Shown in pieces: positions 8,688 to 19,795 of a stretch of 64,000 nt of DNA. This DNA is from Amphiscolops sp. MND2022 (taxonomy: Eukaryota). The translations under genes were made by a program, and so were the position numbers. The DNA is taken from contig OZ076413.1 of the NCBI GenBank assembly GCA_964187785.1, positions 50,160,001 to 50,224,000 on the forward strand, written 5' to 3'. Position 1 is the first letter of the stretch, and each line of letters begins with the position of its first letter. The notes under the pieces were generated by a model, which did not search any database, was not told the origin of the DNA, and saw nothing but the letters and a program-made list of their open reading frames with translations.

Positions 8688-11600
8688 TTAGTCTTTAGAG
8701 CTCCCGGGCAACAGAGTATCACTGGCAGTGGGTGCTTTAGAAAAGGAGACAGCCCCAAACTTCACTCCTTTCTTATCTTTGATTGGGCTGCGTTTACGCC
8801 GCTGACATCCAGTACTGGATACTGATGACGAAGGTGACCGACTAGCAGAGAGAGGTTTATCTTTCAAAGCCTTCTGAGCAGAAATAAGAGTCTTAAGGAA
8901 ATTGACTTTGCCAAAGCTGTCAATGTGGACCCAGGGGTCACCTGCAACATTCCCACTGATGAATCTGGACTCAAGCTCGCGATATTTCTCCAAATAAGCC
9001 TCAGTTGTACATACAGCTACTGACCCAACCACGTTTGCTAAATAGGACTGAGCAGGAAGTAAGACACTGGACAATCGACAGCGAGGATCATTGCTATTTA
9101 CGCCCTGGAACTTGATAGCTGGCAGCTTGGGAATCTGGGAAGTCAAGCAAAGACAACTCAACTGGAATAAATGGAACAAGTGCCGACGGGACCTCAACTC
9201 AGGCATGGGAGTCAGTAACCCAATCATGTCAGTAAAAGTTTCTGGAACATCTTTAAAGTCGTGGTACTTGGTACGGAAGAAGTCCACGAACTCAAGGTAC
9301 TCATCCCGGGCCTCAGTCTCTGGGGTATTGGACACCCATCCTCGCAAGCTGAAGGAGTAATAGAGGGTAGAAAAACAAAGAGCAGCTTGATCAAAGCTCA
9401 CGGAAAGGAGGACCACAGGGTCAAAGCAACTCATACCCTTAACGATGTCAGAATTGAAGCTGATGTCATCAAGGAAACGTTCCAGAAGGCCAACCAGGTA
9501 ACTGCGAGCCTTGGAGGCAAATTCTTCCTTAACTGCTTCAACCGCGGCTTCAGAATCAGTGTACACACTTTGGGGATCGTCGGCCTCACGTTTGGCTCTG
9601 GCCCGACAAGCTGCGTCCAGGTCTCCTTTAAGTTTTAACCGATTGAGGAAATCCCGTGACGAAAGCTGAGTGAGCGACTCTCCCTGTAATGAGTGTAGCC
9701 CAGTCCAGTCGGCCTCATCAGGCAAATGTTTTGGAAGCAAGGATCTGTAGCAGAGCTTCCGCACGAACTGCCGTAACTCGCGGTACGTAAGGAAGCCAGA
9801 GTCTTTCCGCTGAGAGAGACTGCCCTCGAAGCACTTGGTATCTGCAAAACAACGAACCTTTTGAGAATACACTAGTGATAAATGAGTAGACCCCTAGTCC
9901 GTTCGGACAATAATGGCCCTACGTGAGTTTGAATGCGAATAACTATGCTTATACACATAATTGGCCCATGAAAGAAAAGAAAATACTAACAATCACGGAC
10001 AATTCGGCCAAAGAATTCGAGTTTGAGATGAAAGAACTCATCACCAATTATGCTCCACTCTAAACTTTGAGGTCTATGCCTCACTCCCTGGTTTTCTTGC
10101 GTTGGAGCAACTCGGGTCATATAATCATGCACCGCCCTCCAGTCCGCCAGCAGCTCGGAACATATTGCAGGAACTGATGTGATTTCAAGAGAACAAGTTG
10201 AAATCGCCTAAACGAAAGGACTACTTGGGAGCGAAATCTGACTATTAGTCCACCCGCCAAAACAGATTTGATTATATTTACCTTGCCGAGTTCAGGAGAC
10301 TGAGTGGCCCAGATCTCGTCCTGACAACCATCTAGGAATGTGACCAAGAATCGGAGTTGAGAGAAAAAGTTGATCCCTCCGAAGACGCTTCCCCATTTCT
10401 GATGCATGAGTTTAGGCAGAGAAAATGTATCAAATCTAAATGGGTACTGGATCCCTTTAGTTAACAGGCCCGACTGTTCCAAAATAGGAATGAGCTCCGA
10501 CGGACAGCAGGACACACTGACCAACTGAGGCTGTACTGACAAGAATGAGAAGATGCGAGCTATTGCTGTCAACAGTCCGGCGGCATAGTCACTGGCGAGG
10601 CGGTACTGCATGAGGCGAACGGTACACAAAGTGTCTGCCTTCCAGAAACGGATTGACACAATACAATGGAGGCCTGAAGGTTCAAACTCCAGGGAGTACT
10701 TGCCGGAGACGTTCACGTGGTGTGCTATGTCGCTCATTCCGCAGAGGAAAATGTGGTGGAAGATAGTCTGAAATATAAAGGGATAGATGAGACGATGACA
10801 ATTGGAAACCTTACGACGATAACGGAGTCAGAAAGGAAAGAATACTTACGGTCAAAGTAGTAGCGCCCCACTCGAGAGGTGAAAATGGTTCCTTGTGGTT
10901 AGCTGCTATGCCAATCTGGTTCCACAAAGTCTGGAGTAACAGGACGTCTCCACACTGAGGGACGAAGTGGCCAATCAGAGAAATCTGAGTACAAATTCTA
11001 ATTTCTTCAGAGCTGGGTGTAGCGATTGTTCCGGCAATGTAGTCGTCGTAAAAGGGGTGCTTGTCCCCTATGTCAACTAAAACGGCGTTCTCAAAAAGGG
11101 GTTTTTCCTTCTCCAACTCGACTGGTGTAAGGACTTGTCCGTCTCTGCCCCGGACTTCGTGTCTCACTTGGCCAGTCACCGGGTCCACAAGCCGTAGGTG
11201 TTCGTACCTCCAGCGCTGGTCTTTTCGAAGGTGCGATTCTGACTGGTAGTGCCTGACGATTTCCCTGGCCCCCTTTGAGAACATGGAAATATTGGACTTG
11301 CAGATTTGACAATAAAATTTGTGTTTATTGTGCTCTGGGTCCAAGGGGCCGGTCACAAAGGTTTTGGTCCATTTTATGCCTTTAAAATAAGCTTCTTTCA
11401 TGACTTTCCCTGTAGACCCAGCCACCTTCCTGCGTTTTCGAACGGGTCTTTTGGGACCCTCGGGTGATTGAGGAGAACACAACTGGGATAGTGGCCTGTA
11501 GTCAGAGGCAGTAAACCCCGGACTAGGGATCATTTCACTGGACGTAACTGCTTCAGTCGTAGTAGCCTGATTGTCCGTCGACATTTGGGGAAGTGTGGGT

Positions 11601-12544
11601 CGCCGGGTGATGAAATCGTCATCGGAACTTAAAGCCCCACTTGTATAGTCATCGGTAGTGTGTCCGCCTCGGGATGTATCGTCTGCTGAGCTCTCAGAAT
11701 TTGTACGGGGACCCCGAGAACCTCCGGGTACGGTCCATTCCCTGTTCATCCTGCTGCCGGCTTTGAGAGCTTCATTGACCAGTGAATGCATCGTGTGCAA
11801 CGACGACGAAACGGCTTCATCCGAGACAACCTTGAGTAATGCATGGACTTGTGGCTCACTAAGAGCCAGGGTTCGGTGTCCAACAGGCAAGTGAACCGGT
11901 GGGGCCTCATCGAAATACTTCTTAAGTAATGCTCGACCAGGGACAGTAAGGCCAGTCTTTTCCTTCGATTGTCGCACGCGAGTAACAACACTGGATGTCT
12001 CAGCTAGGCGGCCTGTATCCAGATCTTCTTGTCCCTCCTCCTCTGGATCAGCAACCCCAGAAGTTATAAATGTGAGCTTACGAGTCGTGGTGACCGCCCC
12101 GGCACTGTCGTAGAGCTCCTCTACCGAACTAGTATCAGTTTGAAAGTAGTCTGCTTTGAGCTTAAATTGGCCCTCTTCACTCATTTCTTCATCATGAGTT
12201 TCAGTCTCCACTAGTAAGTCTGGCTGGCCCTCATTCCCTTCAATGGGCTTGTCGATTGCATCTGAGACGGATGCTTTTGGTATGGGCTGTTCCGGAGTTG
12301 GCTCTGTCGATTCGGCCTCAATGGCCTGGTTGAAGCAAACTTCATGCTGGGGCCCTAATTCTTGTAATGTGCGCTCTACATATGCACTGACACTCTCTTC
12401 TGTTGATGGACTGGGGGTTAAAGTCTCCTGGGGAATGACTTGTGTTAAGCTGGCAACGGCAGGGAGGGGATTTGCTGACTGTTCTTGTCCCTCTGTGCCA
12501 GGAGGTATGGTAGTAGCTTCTTCGAGAACGTTCTCTGACGACAT
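8688..12544 (-). CDS. Antisense spliced accessory gene (~1,183 aa): BED-type zinc finger plus degenerate hAT-transposase-like body. Exons 12544-10850, 10767-10282, 10207-9991, 9841-8688
   Basis: Introns 10849-10768 (GTAAGT...TTTCAG, phase 0), 10281-10208 (GTAAAT...GTTTAG, phase 0) and 9990-9842 (GTTAGT...TTGCAG, phase 1) join three listed ORFs and one unlisted 217-nt exon into one stop-free frame. W...CQIC...H....H finger at ~11231-11370; NLS-like KRPVRKRRK. Confidence 0.82.
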
Positions 12545-13695
12545 GTCTAAATAAAAAGAGAAGAAATCAAGCGGGAACCTTCCTGAATTAAAATCCATTT
12601 TACCGCATTTAAAAATCTTCCGGAAGTTGATTTGTTTGAACACTTGTGAACGCTTGTGTTATATGGACAGGAAGTCAATGAAAGTGATTAAAGCCCTGAT
12701 CAAGCCTAATCTCTATTCAAAACAAAAGAAGAGCAACTACTTACTTGGAATTCAGTACCGGCAGTATGTCAGTAGATCCTCGCAAAGACACAAATCGGCT
12801 TCTGAAGTAGTATGTAGCGATGAAGATGAAAGTGGGATGGAGATATAAAGAAATATATAAATAAAAACAACTTGTAGACTGAAACTAACTATGGATTAAT
12901 TACGATGTAGAGTAAATGTGGTGATTAAATACTGGATAATACAAGAAGTGAATAATACAACTGGATGATAAAGAATTGAAAGAAGAATTGGCGATGTGAC
13001 AAGATGTCAAGATTGGAGTTCGTGGCTGTACAATTTGGTGTCAAATTTACTACTATTTACAATTTATGGCATTATGTGGATAGGGTCTGCCAGCGATATC
13101 TACATTTCCCCTATTTATTTCGAAAACTTTATTATTTTGCAGAGTTATTTCATGATTTTATCTTGTTTCACTTTATTTTATTTTATTTTATTTTATTTTC
13201 AAGGTCATTTTATATCATTCCTTATACGGGTTCGCGACCTTGAGAAGCCATGTTAGCTTGGGAAAAATTTTGCTACTTTCTTATTGGCTGAGCATATCGA
13301 TGGTGGACGGTGTGGCTGACCGTCATATCTTCACCCACTTGAAATCCTCAAGTATCTGATGAGTGTTAATAAACACTCGAGACCGCGCTCTTAAGTTAGA
13401 AGTGTTAACTTAGTTGTTGATAGATAGTTAAGGCGGCGCCGACAATTACAAAGCAACTCTGCGGCTTGATGAAAGAATTCAAAAGGGAAGAATTTTGTTG
13501 TCGAGAAGTTATTACTTGGAGAGGTAGCAGAACCCCGGGAAAAACGAAACGAAGAGACTCACGGACTGTCGGAAATAAATCCGCCATTCCTCTCAGTTTC
13601 ATTCTTGAATTCAGCCGTCCTCTTCAAACATTTCTGAATTGAAAACCACTAATTCCTTCAAGATAGCGAAGAAAATATTCAAAAAAAGATTCGAT

Positions 13696-14535
13696 ATGAA
13701 TAGCCTTGTCTCGCCTTTGTATGACTCCGAACCCGAAAGGACCTATCCGGAGGACTTCCAAGGAGCTGCCCCAGGAGATGGGATCATTTACATTTCAAGC
13801 GACGAAGAGGAGACAATGGAATGCAGGAGCGTTTCCTCGATAACCGATTTCTTGTCCTCCTCGGAGGATGAGTCGGAAGAAGTTGCTCAGATGGCCTTAT
13901 GCGTCGAAACACAGATGTCCGAGCCCATAGCAATTCCCTACACATCTTCTTCTGCCGCGAATCAGGCAAACGAACACAGAAGGCCAAACTTGCCTCCGTT
14001 TCCTAAGTTCGACCAGACTTACTTTAGCCTGGGGAGAGGCAATGGGCCCCTAAGGGCAGACAGTAGAATTAAGCGGAACCACCCGATAAACTTGTGCCGC
14101 AACCTTGTCCCGATGGTCGATACACCACTATCCCCACCAGATGCAGACAGAGGACAATACTGCCCTCAACCGACATCGAGTGGGTCTTACGTATCAGATG
14201 CCCCGACGATTGATTCTATGGCCAATCATTTTAATGACTTGGAGATCGGGGTGCCTACAGCTGAATCGACCTATTCGGACTGTGTGATCTGTGGTAAATC
14301 AACACAACAAATACGCGAGGTAGCTGCAGATGATTACATCAGCAAGACGGTCGCAGTGGGAGAAACGCTAGCGGAGACGCAAGCAAGAAAGAGAGCATTT
14401 CTAGACGGGATGACAGCCGGAACTTTTCTTCTCATGCCAGGGGGAGTGTCGCAGGCTCCCGCCTGCGATGGGAACTTTTACACCATCAATTACAGCTGTT
14501 TTCGCGCCCTCCCAGGTACTCTGCCAATAAACTAG
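13696..14535 (+). CDS. Accessory ORF (279 aa from first ATG), unknown function; ends 89 nt inside the 3' LTR
   Basis: Long open frame with SIM-like IIYISSDEEE and a CVIC motif. It reads through the PPT. Its C-terminal codons are conserved mostly synonymously in the relative at 58558. Confidence 0.75.
   Translation: MNSLVSPLYDSEPERTYPEDFQGAAPGDGIIYISSDEEETMECRSVSSITDFLSSSEDESEEVAQMALCVETQMSEPIAIPYTSSSAANQANEHRRPNLPPFPKFDQTYFSLGRGNGPLRADSRIKRNHPINLCRNLVPMVDTPLSPPDADRGQYCPQPTSSGSYVSDAPTIDSMANHFNDLEIGVPTAESTYSDCVICGKSTQQIREVAADDYISKTVAVGETLAETQARKRAFLDGMTAGTFLLMPGGVSQAPACDGNFYTINYSCFRALPGTLPIN
14439..14446 (+). other. Polypurine tract
   Basis: AGGGGGAG immediately 5' of the 3' LTR. Confidence 0.85.
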
Positions 14536-16076
14536 AGGAAAGGACCATGTGTCCCATTGTCATGACGGGACAAAAACTTTAAACTGAATTTGTAATATTT
14601 TACGGCATGTCTATTATTCTATTTTCAGTTTTGACAGCCTTATATATAAAATCTTGCGCAAATTATTAATCGGAAATACCATTTGGTTAGTTGAAAACTA
14701 CGAAGTTGATTTTGATACATTGATGCATGTAAACACTGTATATTTAATGTATTAGCTAAGAAATTGGACACCAAGGCGTACAAGAAAGGAAACGAGTTCA
14801 AATGTTTCCTCTCCTGTCTCGCTGGACACGCAGTCCGTCCAAATTCTTAGCCAATCAGAACACGCCATTCATTTCATTCACTGTGCGCAGTATTCTAAAT
14901 TAAAGGACTCTAAGGCCACGCGCCGTCAGCTAGTAGTAATTTGCCGCCTATTTACGGTAAATGGACACTGAGTCCTTATTAAAGTAAAGTGCAATTTACA
15001 GTGGTAAATAAGGGCTATGATTGGTGTTTCTAATAAATACTCGTTTTGATGAAGAGTACTGGACCATTTGTACCATTTGATGCTAGATATTAATAATTTA
15101 CATGAATACTCAGATTAATGAGTTGGTACATGTAAGTTATGGTTGATCAAATGTAATTGCATGTAATGTTGCTTAACCTCATATACGAAAGGCCTTGAGG
15201 GATGCTTGGACCTACAATCCTTCTATATATGGAATTGTTGAAGGCGCTTGAATAAATCACCCCTTTGAAGTGACCCTTTCGTCATGCCGCCTTCATGGCT
15301 ATAAATAGTAGGCGCTATTTTTAGATAACTGTGAAGGCTATTTTTAGAACGTGACCCTCATTATTTTGCAAGTCATGTAAATCTGAGTATATATACCGTG
15401 GACCCTAGGTCCCAAGGACTTTTTCAATTTCCTTGATACCGTAATACTCAAACTTGTTAAAATCGTTTCAACATACTCTGTTTGCAAGCCTGAGAACATA
15501 ATTTAAATTCTTACCTCTTGCAATAAACTCTTATGCCTTCCACAAGAAGACAGAAAGCGAAAGCTAGAAAATCCAAAGAGATGGACATGTTGTCCGATAT
15601 GGATAATTTAGACGTGATGATAGGGAGTGAAAACCCTTTAGAAAGAGAGTTAGCAGATGTAATAGACCAATCTTCCATTAATGGTGACATAGAAATTGGT
15701 AGTCACTCAAGAAATGATCTTGGAAATTTCATTCAAGGAAATGAGCCTCATGGTCGAAACGACATAAGACAATCCTTTGAAACCTTTTCAAATGAATTTA
15801 ATCTTAGGTTATCTCAAGAGATGGATTCCATGATGGCCATGGTACATAGTCAGATAAATAGAGCAATCAGTACCGCTATATCAGAGAAGGTGTTACCGGA
15901 GATTCAGAATATTGTGAGTTCAATGTCTTCCTCTGGGAACAGGGACACTGAGGCTAGCATGTCCCCTGGCAGTCAGGAAAATAGAGAAATTTCATCAGGC
16001 TTGAAAACAAAATTATTGAAAAAGGACTCACGGTCCGTTGGTGATTTGCGAGACACCACGGGACGTGGCTCTTACA
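14447..16076 (+). repeat. 3' LTR (1,630 bp)
   Basis: Copy of 525-2154, immediately preceded by purine tract AGGGGGAG. Confidence 0.96.
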
Positions 16077-16231
16077 ACCATTACTTTGCTATGCTATTTC
16101 TCGCACTACTACAAGGGAGTATCCTATGGTGTGAAAAATTCGAAAACAACCACAATGCAGGAAAAATTTGCAAAGGGGACCTTTTGGTTTCATACAGCTC
16201 GGTAGATCCGGTAGAAATAGATGACGCATAA
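15533..16231 (+). other. Chimeric ORF: Gag N-terminus in the 3' LTR reading out into flanking DNA
   Basis: Identical to Gag residues 1-181 up to the LTR end at 16076, then about 51 codons of unrelated flank. Confidence 0.85.
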
Positions 16232-16550
16232 ACCTCAACAACCGCTTTTTGCCCAACTGGAAACTTCAAAAAACTTTTCAAATTAGGTTTTTCGATTATT
16301 TTTTCGAAAGAAGTCTCATAGTGCCAAAAAAGGAGCTTTAAGCTCGCAAAGCTAATTTTTTCGAGCCGAAATAAGTTATGAAAGTGAGGGGGTACCTTTT
16401 GACAAATGATTTTTTATCGGAAAAAAGTCACAGAGAGCCGAAAAACAGTATGTTTTTTTCACAACAATTGAGAAAACGTATGTTACACATGATCACATAT
16501 TGACAAAGAGGTCACTCAATACAGTGCACAGGCAAGCTATTTTGCTGTTT

Positions 16551-16662
16551 TCGTGGAATCCGGGACACGAAAATGAGAAAAGTCGTGGAATCCAGGACAA
16601 AATTTCTCTTTGATGTTAAGCGTGTCTTGGATTCCACGACAGTGCTTGTCTTGGATTCCACG
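16551..16662. repeat. Cluster of four ~16-18 bp motifs (CGTGGAATCCRRGACA), two forward and two inverted
   Basis: Forward copies at 16552 and 16584; reverse-complement copies at 16623 and 16647. Confidence 0.7.
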
Positions 16663-19600
16663 CCAATACTGCTGCTATAATGACACTTTTGCCGCTGCTG
16701 GATTGGTCCGCTGATTTTGAGTAATCATTTTTGGAAAGGTAGAAAAATTTAAATTAATTCAATTTTATATCAATGGAACTTGTTTTGATTGACACGAAAA
16801 GTCCCAAAGTAGGAATAGAGATACTCATGACTGGTACCAAAATTAAAGCATGTCATCAAAAATGGCAGATTGAACTATGTTGCGCTTTGAGCAAATAAGG
16901 CTTGCCTGTGCACTCTAATGCTCTCAAGACTCGGGAAACAATTTTCCTTTACAGAATACATCAAGAAACCAAAAAATGTAAAGAAAAAATTTTCAACTCT
17001 TTTCGAAATTTTTTCATTACTTCGGTTAATCGCATAGCGCCAAAAAAGTGTCATCTATGCTCGAAAAACGCTTTCGCCGACTAAAAAATAAACTTCAGAA
17101 TTATAAAAAGCCTGGCGGTTGATAATTGTATCAAAATTTAGCCCCGGGAGAACTCAACAACTTTATCACTCTTCTTATAGCGGAACGTAAACTCGTCATC
17201 GGATCAGCCTTGAAAGTAACTCCTTGATCACGCGCTACTGCTTCTATTGACTATTTCAATGGATCTGAAATCTTTTCTTTTCAAGCTTTTTTGATTATTT
17301 TTCACATTAATCGCTCTTGTCACCTAGCTTTCAATCACATTAAGGACTGACTCACAGACCTATAGACTTTTTGAGTAGTGATAGTGGTAAAGAAGGAATG
17401 ATTAATATTTGTGAGTCAACTGACGACGGTATGGTATATTAGTAACTGTGAACCTTCGATATGGTAGAACAAGAAATTTCTTATGTTTAATAACAGGCTT
17501 GCCACAGTAAGTGGCTGCTTATTGCGTCATAAATGAATTCGCACACCTCATTGAGTTTAAAAAAGTGGTTGACACTTTTTCCAAAAATGGCGACAGAAGT
17601 TAATGAATCGTTTCATCATCCGAGAGCTACACCTGAAATGCTATGGCTACAACCATAACATGAATGCAAGATGGATGTCTACCTCACAGAAGCACCCGAA
17701 CAAAACTCAATGACACAGTCACAACGTTTCAATATAAAACTTTTGGCGGTCTAGAAAACGTTTTTCCGCTTTGTGAAAATCAACTACCTGTTTTCAAAGG
17801 CCTTGCCAGTGTAGCTGCTGCAATAGACATCTCTAACTTCATCTCCACCTGAAGGGTACGACGTTTTATTTATATGATCAACTACCTGAACTACTCAGCA
17901 TAATTTAGTCGAAGTTTCCACTAATTTATGAAATTATAATTTTCTCGAAGCTCTCGCTGAACTGCGGAATCGAAGTGTAAATACTGCAGCCTGGAATCTC
18001 AAAAACTGAAATTCACAGCATGGAAACACAACAGTTAAAAAAGAACCAGTACTTGATTTTATCATTGGATTATTGGAGTACAAAAAAAAGATTCAGGCAA
18101 AATCGAGGGAACAAAAGGACCAGAAGAGAGAATGGAGCTTTTGTGAACGGTATGCCGAACAAATATGACTGATAAGTTAATTTGGAAGAAACAATAAGTT
18201 CTACGTGGAACAAAATTGAAAAATACAAAAAGGGTCATTTTTAGATCTATTTTACTGCAAAGTGAAAATCTGGGAGCTTTCCAGTCTAAGATCCGTTCAG
18301 GGCTCAAAAGAAACCTTAATATTTCTAATTCCCCTGTGAATTGTCGGTAAAAGTTCTGAAAAAAGAGTATTTCAATGCAGTTTTTTGTGTAGGCTTCGAA
18401 CGGCTACAACAGAGACAACTTTTTTGTATTCAGACCACAAGGAGAGCACCGTTTGTCAACCGTATTTTAGCGGCCTGATGGCAAGGGTGCATGCTCGCAA
18501 GCTTACTTTTAAGAGTTTGAATCCTACGGGACAAATTCCATTTTTCTAAGATTGAAAGGGATTCCTAAACTCTTCATCAAAAGTTCCCCTTCGATTTTGT
18601 TTCATGTTTCGACTATGAGCAGATCCTTTCCAGAGCGTAAAGTGTCCCCGTCATGTTTTCCGGCACTGTTTTTTTCGATAAAAAATTTCAAAATAATTTT
18701 TTCACTGTTTGGTTTCAATCTTTCTTTCAATTAGATAACAGCGTTTTTTTCAGCATGAAAAATTCATTTGGATTTTCTGGCCTCTTTTTTTAAAAAAAAA
18801 CAGTTTGAACATTTTTAAAGACTGCGCTTTTGAAACCTTAACAAGGGCGCCGATTTAAGGTAACCGGAATACCAAGATGGTGAAATGAAAGATAGGAAAA
18901 AGTTGAACATATCGAAAATACGCCAAATGGGGAACCGAGTTGAAAAGGTAGAAGAGTTAAAAGGGAGCCTTTTGGGACACTTGGCCGCACTTTTAATTTT
19001 CGACTAGAAGTCTCCATTATTGGTTTTTAAAAAGAATAAGGAAGTGTGAAGTCTGTCATCTCACAAAAAAGGGAAAAACTCGTCACTGTAAAAGTTGGTC
19101 ACCTTTTATTACAAAAAGCACGAACTAAAATAAGCATTTCATGTTTTTTTTATTAAATTGAAGCATGTCAAATACGAGAGAAGATAGATTTTGGTACCAA
19201 AAATTAAAGACAATATCGCAGGCTGTAAACGGAAACTGATGATTGAGACAAACGGAACCTCTTCGTCTGTTTGAATATGCATTGTACAAAAAAGTCTCGG
19301 GTGCTAAAGTGTTTGGATCGCAATTACAATGTAATTTTGTTTCTGAAAATTGAATAAAAGTTACGAAGTTCTCTATCACTTCAATCAAACTCTTGTTTTT
19401 GAGATTTTCAGCAATTTCCGAAATTTATCACGACATGTCTCGAAAAACCTCTACCTGAAACGAATACGACCACAGGCAATTTTTTTAAAACTTTGGCTCT
19501 GCTTTCTAAACTTAGGTTTAAACATTTTCTGTGAACGTAATTTAACATCTTGAAGAATTAACAACGCTTACAATTATCTTTGTATGAGAAAAATGAACTT

Positions 19601-19795
19601 TATTCCGGAAGATGATATTTGACGTACAGAGGTGTCATTTTAAAAAGAAAGCCCAAGCTTGTCGTTATCCCTGAACGTTTTCTAACACATGATTGTTTGG
19701 AGTCACATGTTAGAATACTGCTTGACCTACAACTTTGTTTTAAGCTAACAAATTCTAAGCTTTAGCATCAACGTATTTTCACTTCTATACATGGA

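Larger units (their letters stand above)
525..16076 (+). mobile_element. Full-length Ty3/Gypsy LTR retrotransposon (15.5 kb) with accessory genes
   Basis: Direct repeats 525-2154 and 14447-16076 (constant offset 13,922; TG...CA ends). PBS follows the 5' LTR and a PPT precedes the 3' LTR. Gag has two CCHC knuckles; pol order is PR-RT-RH-IN. Flanks are ACAAT/ACCAT (5-bp TSD with one mismatch). Confidence 0.97.

Noticed and set aside
12545..12643. N-terminal extension MFKQINFRK... of the 610-aa ORF
   Set aside because: The listed start at 12643 is non-ATG, and the stretch ends in a polypyrimidine/TAG acceptor at 12547, so it is more likely intron.
8688..12750. Independent hAT transposon nested in the Gypsy element
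   Set aside because: No TIRs or 8-bp TSD found around it by eye, the catalytic motifs appear absent, and it is packed 200 bp from the pol stop. Comparison with other copies is still needed.
13350..13390. CTGATGA plus hairpin as a hammerhead ribozyme
   Set aside because: Stem II is followed by TCGAGA, not the required GAAA, and no stems I/III are evident.
13639..14535. env gene
   Set aside because: No signal peptide, no convincing furin-site/fusion-peptide arrangement and no transmembrane anchor.
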